From contig JAUCBJ010005384.1 of assembly GCA_032718475.1 (NCBI GenBank), positions 8,714 through 72,713 on the forward strand: a DNA stretch of 64,000 nt, given 5' to 3'. Below the pieces are notes generated by a model that was not told the DNA's origin, did no database searches, and was given only the letters and a program-made list of their open reading frames with translations. This stretch comes from Nemertoderma westbladi (lineage: Eukaryota; Animalia; Xenacoelomorpha). This document shows, piece after piece, positions 1-11,997 of the stretch. Made by a program: the position numbers and the translations under genes. Each line of letters begins with the position of its first letter. The first letter of the stretch is position 1.

Positions 1-1120
1 ACTGTACCTCGGCATTGGAAGTTTTGATTTCAGCCGATCAACATCAATATTTTAGCTCCAAACTCCAGGTACAGTATTGTCCTATGGTGATCAGCCATTG
101 ACCAAATCATCACCCTTGTGGAGGTTTCATCCTCATGTTTTTAATGGTTTATTAGTCATTGTGCCAAGATCCCGTGTTGCCAGCAACCTACCATTGCTTC
201 CTTCTAAGAGCCATTTAACTTATGTAGTAGTGATGCACACCCAACCCATATCATATTAGGTCATCTGGGGTATGATAGCACCCTTGGTAAAATTCGCTCT
301 CGCTTTTGGTTTCCTCGAGGCCGTTCACTGGTACGAAAGATAATATTGTCCTGGTTGTCATAGATATCGGGTACTTCCATACAATAGGGCAGAGTCAGCA
401 TTGAAACCATTTCGGACTCTACCAATTACTCCTTTCAGAACTTTGGGCATTGACTTCTTTGGCCCTCTCTATCTGAAGGATAGCGATATGAAAGCTCCAA
501 CCACTCTTATAGCTATCTGAAATTCATTGGGTCGCCTAGTTTGACCATTGATCAAAACAGAGATCCACTCAGATAATACAGAACACTTCGCAAATTATTA
601 GTGATGCGCCAACTCAATCGATTGGCGTTTTATTCCCGCTCGGATCCCAGAATGGGGTGGCTTCTATGAATGCCTTATCAGTATTATGACATTCTCCCTA
701 CGTTCTGTATGTCGGAAAGTTAAGTTGACCATGCATCAATTAGAAGCTGTGTTATGTGAAATTGAGGCTATTGTTAACCTCCAACCCTTCACTCCTATAT
801 CTGATGACCCAGAGACAACCCCATCAAGTTTCCTTTATGGACAATCACCAGCTGATATTGGTATTGAACTTTCTACTATTGACTCTCCTGCTTTACGGGG
901 TGCGTTGAAAGTGCGTGATAATACGATTGTCAGTTTTGGCGCCTGTTTTCGAAGCATTACCTGGAGAATTTGAGCACATGGCGCACCACTGGATCAAGTG
1001 GTACTTCGCCCACCTTGTGGGCTCTTGTCTTAGTTTAAAGTCGAGAACTAACCGCTCTATTATTTTTTGGAGGTTTCTACTCCAACTAAATCGCGGTTCG
1101 AATGACGGTGCTGTTTGATT
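1..1120 (+). mobile_element. Degenerate BEL/Pao LTR-retrotransposon integrase remnant
   Basis: Frameshifted fragments translate to Pao-type integrase motifs: GHLGYDSTLGKIRSRFWFPRGRSLVRKI, PFRTLGIDFFGPLYLK, WRFIPARIPEWGGFYE and LEAVLCEIEAIVNLQP. Many stops and frameshifts. Confidence 0.75.
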
Positions 1121-1211
1121 CTGTGGGATCAATAGAATATCAATAATAAAAAAAATCAGGGGCTAATAAAATGGCAGCTGGCTTTGAAATTAATACTCCA
1201 TATCTCAAGAA

Positions 1212-1272
1212 CCTGTGGCCTAGTGGTTGTTGTCTCGGCTTCCACCTCGAGGTCCGAGGTTCAAATCCGACA
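1212..1272 (+). promoter_or_regulatory. tRNA-derived Pol III head (A box and B box)
   Basis: A-box-like TGGCCTAGTGG (1216-1226) and B-box-like GGTTCAAATCC (1258-1268) at tRNA-like spacing. Not a clean cloverleaf. Confidence 0.7.
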
Positions 1273-1314
1273 CCACGCTGAAGATACTGAGTAAGGTCGA
1301 AACGCGTACGTGGT
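1272..1314 (+). ncRNA. Minimal type I hammerhead ribozyme
   Basis: ACCACG-CTGAAGA-T-ACT-gagtaa-GGT-C-GAAA-CGCG-TA-CGTGGT: 6-bp stem I, intact CUGANGA and GAAA core, short stem II, palindromic ACGCGT stem III and a GUA cleavage triplet (cut after 1308). Confidence 0.85.
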
Positions 1315-2025
1315 TTGGAGAGATATGAGATATTAATTTTAAGAAAAATTACGCGATTCCTAAATTTGTACACTACCCGGTTAAAAAGTACGCATGTGAT
1401 GGGATTAGTCCTACAATTGCGCCAATAAAAGATAAGTTATTTTCGGTAAAATAAACTTATCATTCGAGGTTAAGACCCCTAGATTCCTTCCTACTGATGC
1501 TTTTTGGCAGACTGTACAATAAGCCTCACCAACATTTCGATTTATAGTTATTATGTAACAAACAAAAGAAATTAGTCAATCATTTGGAAAGAAGTGTCTA
1601 ACGGTTTATAATGATATAACATTCCTTTGTTTTTAGGGGCTATTCCAAGATTATTAATTTATTAATAAGATGATTGGCATAAATCAATCCTTTCAATAGG
1701 GTAATTACTAATACATCTACATATATTTATTTATTTGGTTTTTTAATTATTCCTAATTTCCTTTGATTCGGAGTTACAACAAAGATATTTATTATTAGAA
1801 AGAAAGGCCTAACACAGCATCACTATCAAAATATTATTATCATTGGTCACTTATGACAAAACCTGAGCTGAAATGGAACTTAACATGTGTTCCAGATTTG
1901 ATTCATAAATCAAGGTTTATTTATCTAAAGTCTAAGATTTATCTATCAAACTTATTCTTTCCAAGTTATTGTCATTCCCATTTAATAAAAATATCCATCC
2001 AATTTATTGTCATTTGACTCACAGA

Positions 2026-4410
2026 ATGTTAAATGAATCAACTTCTCTTAACCAAACTCCAACAAATAGACTTCATGGATGGAGACTTACTGTGTTGGTG
2101 ATTATATTGATGACCTTTCTGTTAATACCAGGATGGGGCATGAACCTACTGGAATCATTTTTCCCTATCGTTGTAGAAAAGCGTGGCTGGTCTAAGACCC
2201 TCATTGGTTTGTTGTTTGCAATTTATCCCCTCGTCCAGGTTATTCTTTACATTGTTTTCCCACATTCCATCACCAACTGGGGATCGCGAATTTCTTTAGG
2301 AATATTTGGCGTCATAGGAACAACATCTCAGCTGCTTTTTGGATTTGTAGAATATATTCCCAACAACATGGGGCATATATTGACCTGTTTTTTGCTGCGA
2401 CTGATAATAGGAATTGGTTTAAACCAAGGCGATACCTAATACAGGCCATGACATGGGAGGCCTATGCAAAATTAGCGGAGGCCGACTTTGTAGAACCGTT
2501 AGGAACCATAGAAGTGCGTACCATTTGATTACCACATTTGATTACCTATCCTAACTTTTATCAGAGAATCTTTTAAGACAATTTTTGTTTTCAATAGTTT
2601 GCTACTTTTCCATGGGAGACCCATTATTTTTACGTTGACCGAAAAAAGGAGTTATTTGTAGAAAAAAATTTTCTCAGTTTATAGAGAGAGTTCATATACT
2701 GACTGGTATTATGATGTTTTTTAGAGTGCTAATTACATATTATAAGGTCACATACTCGTTGGTTAGGATACTTTCTTGCTTTTCAGCACCCCAAGTATTG
2801 CACGAAAAGTGCTGGAAGTCAAAAAATTTCATTAAAAATTAAAGTTAAATTTTCACATGAGATTTTGGTTTTTGAAGTTTTTGGCTGTTTGGAGTTGCTG
2901 AGTTCAATCGAATATGTTTCAAAATTATAAAGTGTCGGTTTTCAGATCCTAGACAAGACACGAAAAGTGCCTGTGACCACGCACGGATAAAATTTTTTCA
3001 TATATTAAATTAAGCTAATTGTGGAATTGACATATAATATTTAAATTAATAATGCAATAATAATAATTATAAGTTTTGAGTTGTGTAGGTTTCAGAACAT
3101 AAATTTCATCTTTTTCTTTGTGCTTTTGGCATCCAACGTTGTCATTTGCTGTTCACAATAATTGTTTAAAAATATATTTACAATTATGTTGCTCGCTTTC
3201 GTTGGGATGCTCCAAAGCCATATATGATTCCGAAAGAAATTCAATGGCTTTCCTTAGTCTCACGCGACACATTTTTGATAAGTCCACGCTTTGAATCCAA
3301 ATGTAACAATACACAATCAAATTGACAAGGTGATCTGAAGGATATTGCAACTTTCCTCTGTTCAGGAAACTAATAAAGTCCGTTACTACCGTACATGTTA
3401 CTACCGTACTACAGTACCGTACAACAGTCTGACAGTACAGTAAGTCAGTAAGTAGGTCGGCCTCCGCTAATTTTGCATAGGCCTCCCATGTCATGGCCTG
3501 TATTAGGTATCGCCTTGGTTTAAACGTATGTTACACTTACTCCTACAACTTATTAATGGAATTGATGCCAAACCACAGAAGCTTCTTAGCTGGAATATCT
3601 ATTGTAATTGCCGATGCGGGATATGCTATCGCGCCAGTATTTGGATCCTCTTTGTTCGCTTCCCTGGGTTTTGAATATCCATTTATCATATCGAGTTTGA
3701 TGTTTCTCTCTGGTGTTCTTTACTGCTGGTACGAGGCGCCTCCTTACCTTTACGATAGACATGAATCTAATGAGGAACGACCAACATATCTTGGATTGTT
3801 GAAGAACCCAGCAATTACAATAATCTATATTATCCACCTCTATTTTGCGATGACGGTATATTTTATATTGGCTTATTACGCCTCTTATATTCACAGCTAC
3901 TATCATGTCAATCAATATAATATTGGTTTAGCGTATACGATTCTGGAGGTGTCTAACTCATCTACAGGTTTCTTAGTAACTGTTTTGATTAAAAAGTTAA
4001 ATTTCAAGACAATTTACCCAACTGTTATTGGTGCAACGATACTGTTTGGTTCAATGCAACTAGTAGGGCCGACTGAGATACTTGGTTTACCTCACTCCTT
4101 AGCCCTGTCACTTAGTTCGATGGTCATCCTTGGATTGGGAGCTGGGATAATGCAGATTCCAGCGTTTGAAACACAAACTCGTCTGGCAGTGAGGGTCTGC
4201 GGTTTCCCTGACAATATTGATACCAGGGCTGTTCTCCAACAAGCCCTTAGAATTTCATTTTCCGTAGGTTTCTTACTGGGCGCCGTTATTGGCGGTATTC
4301 TAAATGATTATTTCGGATTCCAAATTGCTGCTTCACTTCTTAGTCTGATGATTTTGCCTTTTCTTATCACCCTAATAGCCTTACTCGCTTGTGGATATGT
4401 TGATCAGTAA
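2026..4410 (+). pseudogene. MFS transporter (SLC18B1-like) interrupted by a DNA transposon
   Basis: Two hydrophobic ORFs (2026-2424 and 3526-4410) join in frame (...RLIIGIGLN/VCYTYSY...) after removing 2425-3517 and one TSD copy, giving about 427 aa with an MFS-like multi-TM pattern. No introns needed. Confidence 0.8.
2425..3517 (-). mobile_element. Non-autonomous P-element-like DNA transposon
   Basis: 62-bp TIRs (CAAGGCGATACC... at 2425-2486 and 3456-3517) and 8-bp TSD GTTTAAAC (2417-2424, 3518-3525). Internal minus-strand remnant FISFLNRGKLQYPS resembles the P/THAP9 transposase C-terminus. Confidence 0.85.
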
Positions 4411-4461
4411 AGTACTGTAAGGCCACATTCACTATCTAAATATCTATCTTTAATCGGAATG

Positions 4462-4806
4462 TTAAATTGATGCTGCATTGAGATTGCTTCCAAAGCAAAG
4501 GCCAAGGTTGAACATACATACATCATCCAGATAAGCAGATAAGCAGACAAAGATAACCAGATGTCGGACTTTCTTAGTTGACAACTCTTCAATTATCCTT
4601 TTACAGAATGGTCTCCATGGTCCCACAACCTTTACCGGACCCATATTGATTTCAAGTGGCAGTTTCTCAATGGGAATCCTGATGCGATTTAATAGAATTC
4701 TATTGTATAGCTTTGCAGCAATCGAGATCAATGAGATTTCCTGAAAAGAACCATAGAGTGTTAGGTTGCCCTTCTTGGGGACTGGCACCAACTTATTTGT
4801 TTTCAT
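4462..4806 (-). mobile_element. RTE-like LINE reverse-transcriptase fragment
   Basis: VPVPKKGNLT...ISLISIAAKLYNRILLNRIR is typical of early non-LTR RT subdomains. Degenerate. Confidence 0.7.
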
Positions 4807-5510
4807 TTCTTGTGGGACTCTTGTTGTTCAGGGGTGGGTTGCTGGACGCGCTATTAGTGGAAAAGCGCTATTAGGATTAAAAGGGCTATTAGCACAAATA
4901 GTGCTATTAGTAAATAGCGACTTTAAAAAGCGTTGCCTGAAACATTATTAATAGCCCTTTTTACTAATAGGATTATTAGTGCTAATAGGGCTTCTTTAAT
5001 AGCGCTATTAGTAATTAAATAATAATAATACCATCTCGTCACTATAGCTCTATCACTATTTCTAGAATTCAAGTTTGAGTATTAAATATTAATTGTAAAA
5101 GATAAAGTCCCTACAAGTAGTCCACTCAATCGAGGAAAAAAGATGGGGGGGGGGGGGGGGGGGGGGGGGCAAACGTCTATCAAAACTAATTCGCTAAAAC
5201 TAAACTCCTTAACTTAAAATTAAAACTTTTATAACATAATGACAGCTATACTTTTGTGTTTAAAACTTGATTTATTTATTTACATCATTTCATACAAATT
5301 ATTTGTACTGTAGGCCTATGTATTACGGTCCTACAGTATTTCGATCTGCGTTCGAGCATAGAAATGTATAAAATTTGACTAGAAAATAAATTTTTCTGTC
5401 ACTAAAATTTGCGATAGGAAGGAAATATATTATGGGTCTTAGCTAAATTTACTGGACCAAATATACGAAAGGATATTCTCATTATACCACAGACTAACTT
5501 AGACATTAAG

Positions 5511-5580
5511 ATGGCGAAAAGAAATCGAAAGCCAGCATGGAATGATAAAGAACGAGCCTGTCTAGTGGAATGCTTTAGAC
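5511..5580 (+). pseudogene. N-terminus of Harbinger Myb/SANT-like DNA-binding protein
   Basis: MAKRNRKPAWNDKERACLVECFR fits the first helix pattern (R-K-x-x-W/F-x-x-x-E-x-x-x-L) of trihelix/Myb-SANT proteins. Truncated. Confidence 0.6.
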
Positions 5581-5629
5581 CACCCCCGCGTCAATAAATA
5601 ATATAATAAAACTAAAAAGTTGAATTAAT

Positions 5630-8290
5630 ATTTATTTATTTTTATTTATTTATATTCGTACATGGCAAATCAAATATATATATATGAATAATGCACAGTA
5701 CACCAATAATGAAAGTAATGGTTATATAACCTAGCACAAAAGTCTATATTAGGTAAGTAATATAATACCACTAAAATTAATAAGAGGAATGATTAACGCT
5801 TAATAAGATGATACGTAATTCACAATATCAAGTAACTCTGCTCTGGAGAAGCCTTCAACAGACATATTATCTCCGGCGAGTACATTACATAGATCCTTAC
5901 ATACACCAATTCGCCACAAGTTATCACTAGAAGTTCTAGAATATACCAACACAGACGAAACACATTTAGCATTTAGGTTAAATAAATTATCAATATTACA
6001 AACATTGGCAATGCGCCTTAGATTTAACCCAGTTCTCGTTCTACAATCAAATTCCGTTAGATTAGCTAACAAGCGAATGCACAATTTATTAGAAGCACGT
6101 AAACTCAATGTAAAAGATACGAATTGTTTACAAAGCATAACCCAAGGATGACAAAAATCTACTATATTCTCAACAATGAAACGGTGAGAATTAAACGGTA
6201 ATCCCCAAACCCGCCTAATATTTTTATTCCATGTAGTAAGTACTTGAGTGCATTGCGGTGACCACAAGTCCCACAGTGGGCTCCCATAAAAATTCATACA
6301 GTACAGACGTTGCACACGGGATAAGACACCTGGCGAATCGAAACTAAATTCCTGTCTCAGATAAGCCAGCTTCCCATAGACAATCACAATCCGGAAAATT
6401 CCGCTTAAAAATTAAAGATCCATGCTCCAACAAAAAATGTTCTTGTATACAAACTATTTGGCAACCGAGCAGAAGAGATTTAATAAACTCAATTTTATCT
6501 AATGCAAATCCTGTCGAGTTAATAGAGGAAATACAAAAATTTCCTATTGTGGTGTTATTTAGGATAGCCATTTCAAAAGAGTATATTTAAAGAAACACAT
6601 AAACAAATCCAATATAAATAATTATGAAACAAAATTAAACGCCCCGACTCACGACCCACGGTCGGCAACTGATCCTGCTCCGCCCCCGGTGATATTATTC
6701 ACGCCCCTGACAGTTTCAGTTGAGTTAGTAGGTCTGAAGTTACCTCCCGCTGGGCGCCCCGCATCGTTGTTGGAGGAATAGCGCCACCGACGAACGCAGA
6801 CACCCACAGGCCACGTTGTAGGGTTGAGGGCCGCTTCTAGGTCGTTCTGTTTAACCGTAATCTTAAAACTGGCAGTGCGAGCGAGCGAACTCGATTTAAG
6901 TTGCACATCCGCACCTGCAATTGCAATGTTGCGGCTTGACAACCACGAAACAATATCCTCAGGCGTGGTTGAATGAGTACACCTAAACATGAAGATGTCG
7001 CATGGCGCTGCTGATAGCCTGGAGCTACCAGCCCCTCCGTTGCCACCCCCAGCGTTGGCGGTCCCAACCACGAACGGTTGTCGACGCCGACGTCGATTTT
7101 CCACGAGCGTGTAACCCTCGTCTAACTCCGCTGGGTCAGACTCGACCCGTGGTCGCTTGGCGCTACCGGACCGACCGGGTGTCGATACTGCAGTAAGCGA
7201 TGGTCGTCGAGACAAATTAATTCTATTCAATGTACCGGTAGGAGCATTGGGCGGATGATTGGACTGCCCGGACGTTACAGAGCTACTGTATAACTGCCTG
7301 TTTAGTGACGGTGGTTGGGCCAATGTCATCGAAGGCATACCGGTAGCGGTCGGGACAGGCCTCCCGATACCTACTGGGATCCCGGACACAGAAGGGACAG
7401 AGACCACTGGCTGTGGAGGAAATGGACATGAAATTCTGTTAAGTTGAGACATTAAACGTGATTCTAGACTGCGTAATTGATTATCAACTGACTTCTGTAA
7501 GTCATCTATCTTATCATTAACCAGTTCCAACTGAGTTGTACGTTCTAACTCCGATACACCGCCGTCACGGCCCCCGGCACTCTGGTTGATTGAAGACGAC
7601 GTTATTTTAGGTAAACTCAATGCATCTAATGCTAGAACGGCAATAGTTGGCTGCTTACCAGCCAAATCCAACTCACTAAGATACTGAAAAGTATCCTTCA
7701 AATTAGCGAATGCTGCAGACCTTTCAGCCGTGTCACGTCCACGTCTATGTATAAGCTGACGATCGAAAGAACCAACCTTATTAAATAGCTCCAATTTCGC
7801 TCCCAGTATTTCCTCTGGTGTAAACCTTGAAAGAATCACTGTGGATGTAACGTCGAAAGTCGATGTGGACATCCCTTGCAACAATAACGCTAAGCACGAA
7901 TTTACTATGACTACCGGTACAGGTAAGTCGGCAGCACCATCAGTACTGCCTCTGCAAGGCAGATCTTCATTTCCCACATTACAGGTACTGATATCCATTG
8001 AGTCAGGCTCAGGACTAACTACAGGACCAGCTCCGCCGTCGACCTCTTGGCCTACCTCTCCATTATCAGATGGAGACAGACAGTCGTAATATCCCTCTTT
8101 ACCATTACCGTTAACAGTTCCCCTGCCAGACCTACGGGGACGAATCGCATCACCTCCTGCGGTATTACCGCTACCGCTACAGTTCCCTCCAGGCGCAGGC
8201 ATAGATATAGATCAGTATGCAGTCAGCAGTAGTGGAGGAGATGAGGAGAACCCGGCTGCCCGGAAGCGGCCCAAGCACTGAAATATTACA
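5630..8290 (-). mobile_element. Non-LTR retrotransposon with intact ORF1, internally deleted ORF2 and a (TAAA)n tail
   Basis: ORF1 at 6649-8202. ORF2 starts at 6571 with an APE N-terminus (SINSTGF...IVCIQEHFLL) and jumps directly to an ORF2 C-terminal region (YCMNFYGSPLWDL...WNKNIRRVWGLP). TAAA repeats near 5630-5655. Confidence 0.75.
6649..8202 (-). CDS. LINE ORF1 protein (517 aa)
   Basis: Coiled-coil middle region, basic RRRR stretch and C-terminal FKITV...ALNPTTWPVGVCVRRW motif typical of ORF1 in APE-type LINEs. Confidence 0.75.
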   Translation of the reverse strand: MPAPGGNCSGSGNTAGGDAIRPRRSGRGTVNGNGKEGYYDCLSPSDNGEVGQEVDGGAGPVVSPEPDSMDISTCNVGNEDLPCRGSTDGAADLPVPVVIVNSCLALLLQGMSTSTFDVTSTVILSRFTPEEILGAKLELFNKVGSFDRQLIHRRGRDTAERSAAFANLKDTFQYLSELDLAGKQPTIAVLALDALSLPKITSSSINQSAGGRDGGVSELERTTQLELVNDKIDDLQKSVDNQLRSLESRLMSQLNRISCPFPPQPVVSVPSVSGIPVGIGRPVPTATGMPSMTLAQPPSLNRQLYSSSVTSGQSNHPPNAPTGTLNRINLSRRPSLTAVSTPGRSGSAKRPRVESDPAELDEGYTLVENRRRRRQPFVVGTANAGGGNGGAGSSRLSAAPCDIFMFRCTHSTTPEDIVSWLSSRNIAIAGADVQLKSSSLARTASFKITVKQNDLEAALNPTTWPVGVCVRRWRYSSNNDAGRPAGGNFRPTNSTETVRGVNNITGGGAGSVADRGS

Positions 8291-8379
8291 AGAAATAAAT
8301 AGCACAAAATATAAAACTATCAGACTTAGTTAACTATATAAATATATCTATAAATATATAAATATAATTTATATATTAA

Positions 8380-8619
8380 TTAATCATATCTCTTAAAATC
8401 GTCGCGAATGAAATCTGAAATGTCTATAATAGCTGATTTATCAAACCGAATCCTTTGGATAAGTTCTTTGTCACTGAAAACCTCAAATGGGTGGTCTTTA
8501 CTTTTTAATACGCGCTCACGATTTAACTGCATTTGAGTTATGTTGTCAAGCATCAACATAGAATGCACTGACATATTAATAAACAAACTTGCATGTCTAA
8601 GATACCGAATTAAAAACAT
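8380..8619 (-). pseudogene. HARBI1-like Harbinger transposase N-terminal remnant
   Basis: RERVLKSKDHPFEVFSDKELIQRIRFDKSAI matches the N-terminal pattern of Harbinger nucleases. Confidence 0.65.
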
Positions 8620-9140
8620 AGGAAATAATATATTTCTAGAATCTAATTAGGGTAATATATCGCCATGGAGTCAACCCTCTACGTTTTTTGGACTTCGTAG
8701 CTTTAAGTTACTTTTAATGATCATTATAACTTCTAATATTTGTTCTAGTATAGTATGATTATTCTAGAATATATTTGACATTAAAACATTTTATATATTC
8801 ATTGTTCTAGAACAAATGTGGCCACAAAAAATGGGATATTAATGATGTTATGGTTAAATATGTTAAATATATAATGCATTATTGTTATAGCCTTTAATTG
8901 CAACTAAAAGGTGCTTCGAAGTAACTTTTAACCCCTATTAGTGGCTCCATAGAAAATAATTGTCTTACTAAAAGCGCTTTTAGCAGACTAAAAGCGCTTT
9001 TAGGTTAAAGGGGTTTCAAGCGAAATTATTAAGCTAATAGCGTTATTTAAAGTTTTTTAGAAGTGCTTTTAACCAATAGGGGTTAAGTAAGGTGTCCAGC
9101 AACCCACCCCTGTACATTTAGTATTGTATTTTGTGTTATT

Positions 9141-9224
9141 GTTTACGTGGTAACTCATGACGGCGTTAAGTAATGTCACACTAAGGGGACATTACTTAAC
9201 GCCGTCATTGGATACCACGTAAAC
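9141..9224. repeat. 84-bp near-perfect palindrome (mini foldback/MITE)
   Basis: GTTTACGTGGTA..ATGACGGCGTTAAGTAATGTC pairs with GACATTACTTAACGCCGTCAT..TACCACGTAAAC. Confidence 0.8.
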
Positions 9225-9346
9225 TATATTTGGATATTTGCCTGACAGCCACATAGGCCTACTACATTACCTACCGGTAGGCGGGGTACATTGCTCGGTA
9301 CATGTCTACTATGATGGGATAGATGAGCTTTAAACACTCTGGTATT

Positions 9347-9556
9347 TTACATACCTCTTATGGGGACACAATCTGGACACGAACTGGCACGATTGATCTT
9401 AATGCTCTTTGCAGCAGTCTTCACTTCAGCAAAGGAGATATCGCCAATGGGTATACATGGGAGTACAGACTCAGAAAGCTTTTGTGCCCCAAAGTTCAGG
9501 CATAACCTGTCATTATTTAGGAGCTTTTCAAAGTGAGCCTTCCTACCATTGATCAC
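9347..9556 (-). mobile_element. RTE-like LINE fragment (pre-RT region), probably the upstream part of the 4462-4806 fragment
   Basis: HFEKLLN...ISFAEVKTAAKSIKINRASSCPDCVP precedes RT domain 0/1 in LINEs. Same strand as the fragment across the Harbinger element. Confidence 0.6.
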
Positions 9557-10329
9557 TATAGCAAAGGTTTTATCTGAGACTTACAGCCCACAAATACTAT
9601 AGTTTTTTAGTACAGTCGAATCGATTGGACTAAAAAACTACAGTATATATTTAAAGCACAACTGCTACTCAAGGAGGAACTGCGATGGAATAGCTAAACT
9701 TAATCTTCACTTTTTGTACTGATTTTGGTGAGAATAAGCCTACCGATTGTAATCGATTGACTAGCTAGTATATTCTCATAATATTTCCCACAATCTTGAA
9801 CAAATTCATGTTTCGGTTATATTACCTCAATTTTATTTGGAATTGTATATCGCCGTCTCCATGACAGCTACTGTATGAATAGAAGCACTTCAAACTTATA
9901 ATAGGCATTCCTTACTGCGGTTGTAAATGGTTATGTTTCAACAGTAAATAGACCGTTTTAGACGCGGTAAAAAATGTTTAGGATCCCAAAGTAAGTGTGA
10001 CATGTTGCCAATGGCAACGCCTCAAGCTAATTTAGCAAGGTTGCTACATATTATTAAAAAATCTAAGTTAAAACATGTATAACTTGCATTTAAAATGTCA
10101 ATGCGTTGTCTCATTGTATGTTGGTTGAAAGATTACAGTATGCCTGGGTAGATGCTAGACATGTGTGAAGTTGGTAAGACTCTGCAGTCAGTATATATAA
10201 CTATATTCCTGTATATATAGTGGCAACGGACGAAGGGTTGGTTGGTTTTTGTTGAAAATGTGTATGTAGACATTGATTATTATAATTAGGGACCACACCA
10301 TAGCAACGGGGGGTCTTTACCATAGCAAC

Positions 10330-10875
10330 AAGGTATCAAGAATATTTTCTGAACAGCCAATTGGAATACCAAATGAATACCAAAACACAAAAGTAAAATT
10401 TGTCCAATAGGGATCGGGGAATCACTAAGACGGGTTATTGGGAAGTGTATGGCTGATGCAACAGGTGGTGACGTGCAAGAACTGGGGGGTGTCGACCAAC
10501 TGTGTAATGGGTTGTCTGTCGGAATAGAGTCTTCTATACATGTCATTAGAGACCTCTGGGATGAACACACCTGTCAGGGATGGTGAGTGTTATTAGTCGA
10601 TGCGAAGAACGCTTTCAATTCCATCAATAGAATCACAGCTCTGTGGAATATTCGAATATTCTGGCCTCGTTGTGCTCGATTCTTTTTTAATAGCTACCGA
10701 GGTTACTCAATTCTGGTTCTCCATGGGCCTTCCGGAACTCTCCATTTACTTAGCAGAGAAGGGATCACACAGGGAGACCCACTGTCAATGCTGAGATATG
10801 CTGTCGCTGTCTACCCCCTTATCCTAGAAGTGAAATCTGACGAATATAATCAGGTATGGTTTGCAGATAATTCAG
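10330..10875 (+). mobile_element. CRE-clade non-LTR retrotransposon RT fragment
   Basis: [50 protein letters not shown] and QVWFADN; same motif set as the larger element at 28.5-39 kb. Confidence 0.75.
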
Positions 10876-10886
10876 AGAACACGTTC

Positions 10887-11492
10887 GTGGGGACTTCGCG
10901 CAGCACGTAGTCGGCAAGCCTTGGCATACCGTTCATATAGAGCAAATGGGGCATGTCTAGTTTGGACCCAATATCCCATGCTATAAATGTATTCATTCGA
11001 TATACAATCATATGTTAATCCGCTAGGTGGTGTCAAATTGTTATTCTGCAATTTCGTACTTACCAGTGCAGCACTGTACAGCAGTACCGTACCGGTAGGC
11101 CTATGTCATTACTTCTGAGTCTCTAGCAGATCCCCAATTAAATGTCTTAACTTTTCAATTTCGTAAAAGATAGACTTCATGATTCTCTACAAGCAACCAA
11201 AATTTCAGCTCAGGAAAATGAGGCGTTCCCGAGAAATTTAACATTTTCTAAAAACCACATAATCTGTCGTAGCTGACGTCAGACTGCATGATTTTTCACC
11301 AAACTTTACAAACTTTCTAAACTTTCTCTCTACTACTTACCTACTAAGTTTGGTTCAATTCCGAACGAGCGTTGCCGAGAAATTCGCGTTCAAACATTTA
11401 CCAGACAGACGGACGGACAGACAGACGGACATGCCCCATTTGCCCTATATGAACCGTATGCCAAGGCTCGCCGACTACGTGTCTCGCCCCAC
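10887..11492. mobile_element. Non-autonomous element with about 60-bp inverted repeats and a GACA/GACG microsatellite (MITE or DINE/HINE-like)
   Basis: CACGTAGTCGGCAAGCCTTGGCATACCGTTCATATAG...GGGGCATGTC is inverted at about 11428-11482. CAGACAGACGGACGGACAGACAGACGGAC is adjacent. Confidence 0.65.
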
Positions 11493-11997
11493 ACAGCGAC
11501 ATATTCATATGTAAACAAGGCTTCAAGAATTGGCAAAGTGAAAATTGTGCAGATTGGCCGGGAAAATAACATAGAGGCTACGGGACAAAGAAAATACTAA
11601 CCAATGGCTGGTTATTTCATCACAAGAGCTCTATACCAAAATAAACGCTAAAGGGCGTAAGTTAGTTAAGTTTAGCTAACGTAAGTTAGAGTAGTTCGCG
11701 TATTGCACAAAAACGACACATTTTTGCCGCAAAAGCTTTTACAAAGCCCCTTTGGAAACTCAACATATCTTTTTTTGTGGCAGCAATATATATAATTTTT
11801 TTATTTATATTCATTTGTTAACAATGGGCCAGCAGCTTCCTTTTCTGCATTATGTTTTTGTTTGAAGTTGAAATTTAAACTAAAATAAATTTCAGAGCAT
11901 AATATTGTGACTGTATTCTGCTGTATAATTAATTTTGAGTATTAAATTAATTATAATGTACATGGTCTGGTTCCAAATCCTGAAAATACGCCTAGAA

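Larger units (their letters stand above)
4829..9112. mobile_element. PIF/Harbinger DNA transposon deletion derivative containing a nested LINE
   Basis: TIRs CAGGGGTGGGTTGCTGGAC (4829-4847) and GTCCAGCAACCCACCCCTG (to 9112). Convergent remnants of a Myb/SANT-like gene and a HARBI1-like transposase lie inside. TSD not clear. Confidence 0.75.

Noticed and set aside
1212-1275. Functional tRNA genes here and at 33.0, 39.2 and 58.4-58.8 kb
   Set aside because: A and B boxes are present but acceptor or anticodon arms are not canonical; better explained as SINE or retrozyme heads.
5144-5169. Long G homopolymer (also near 38466-38484 and 62845-62870)
   Set aside because: Simple homopolymer runs of uncertain length; no evidence of function.
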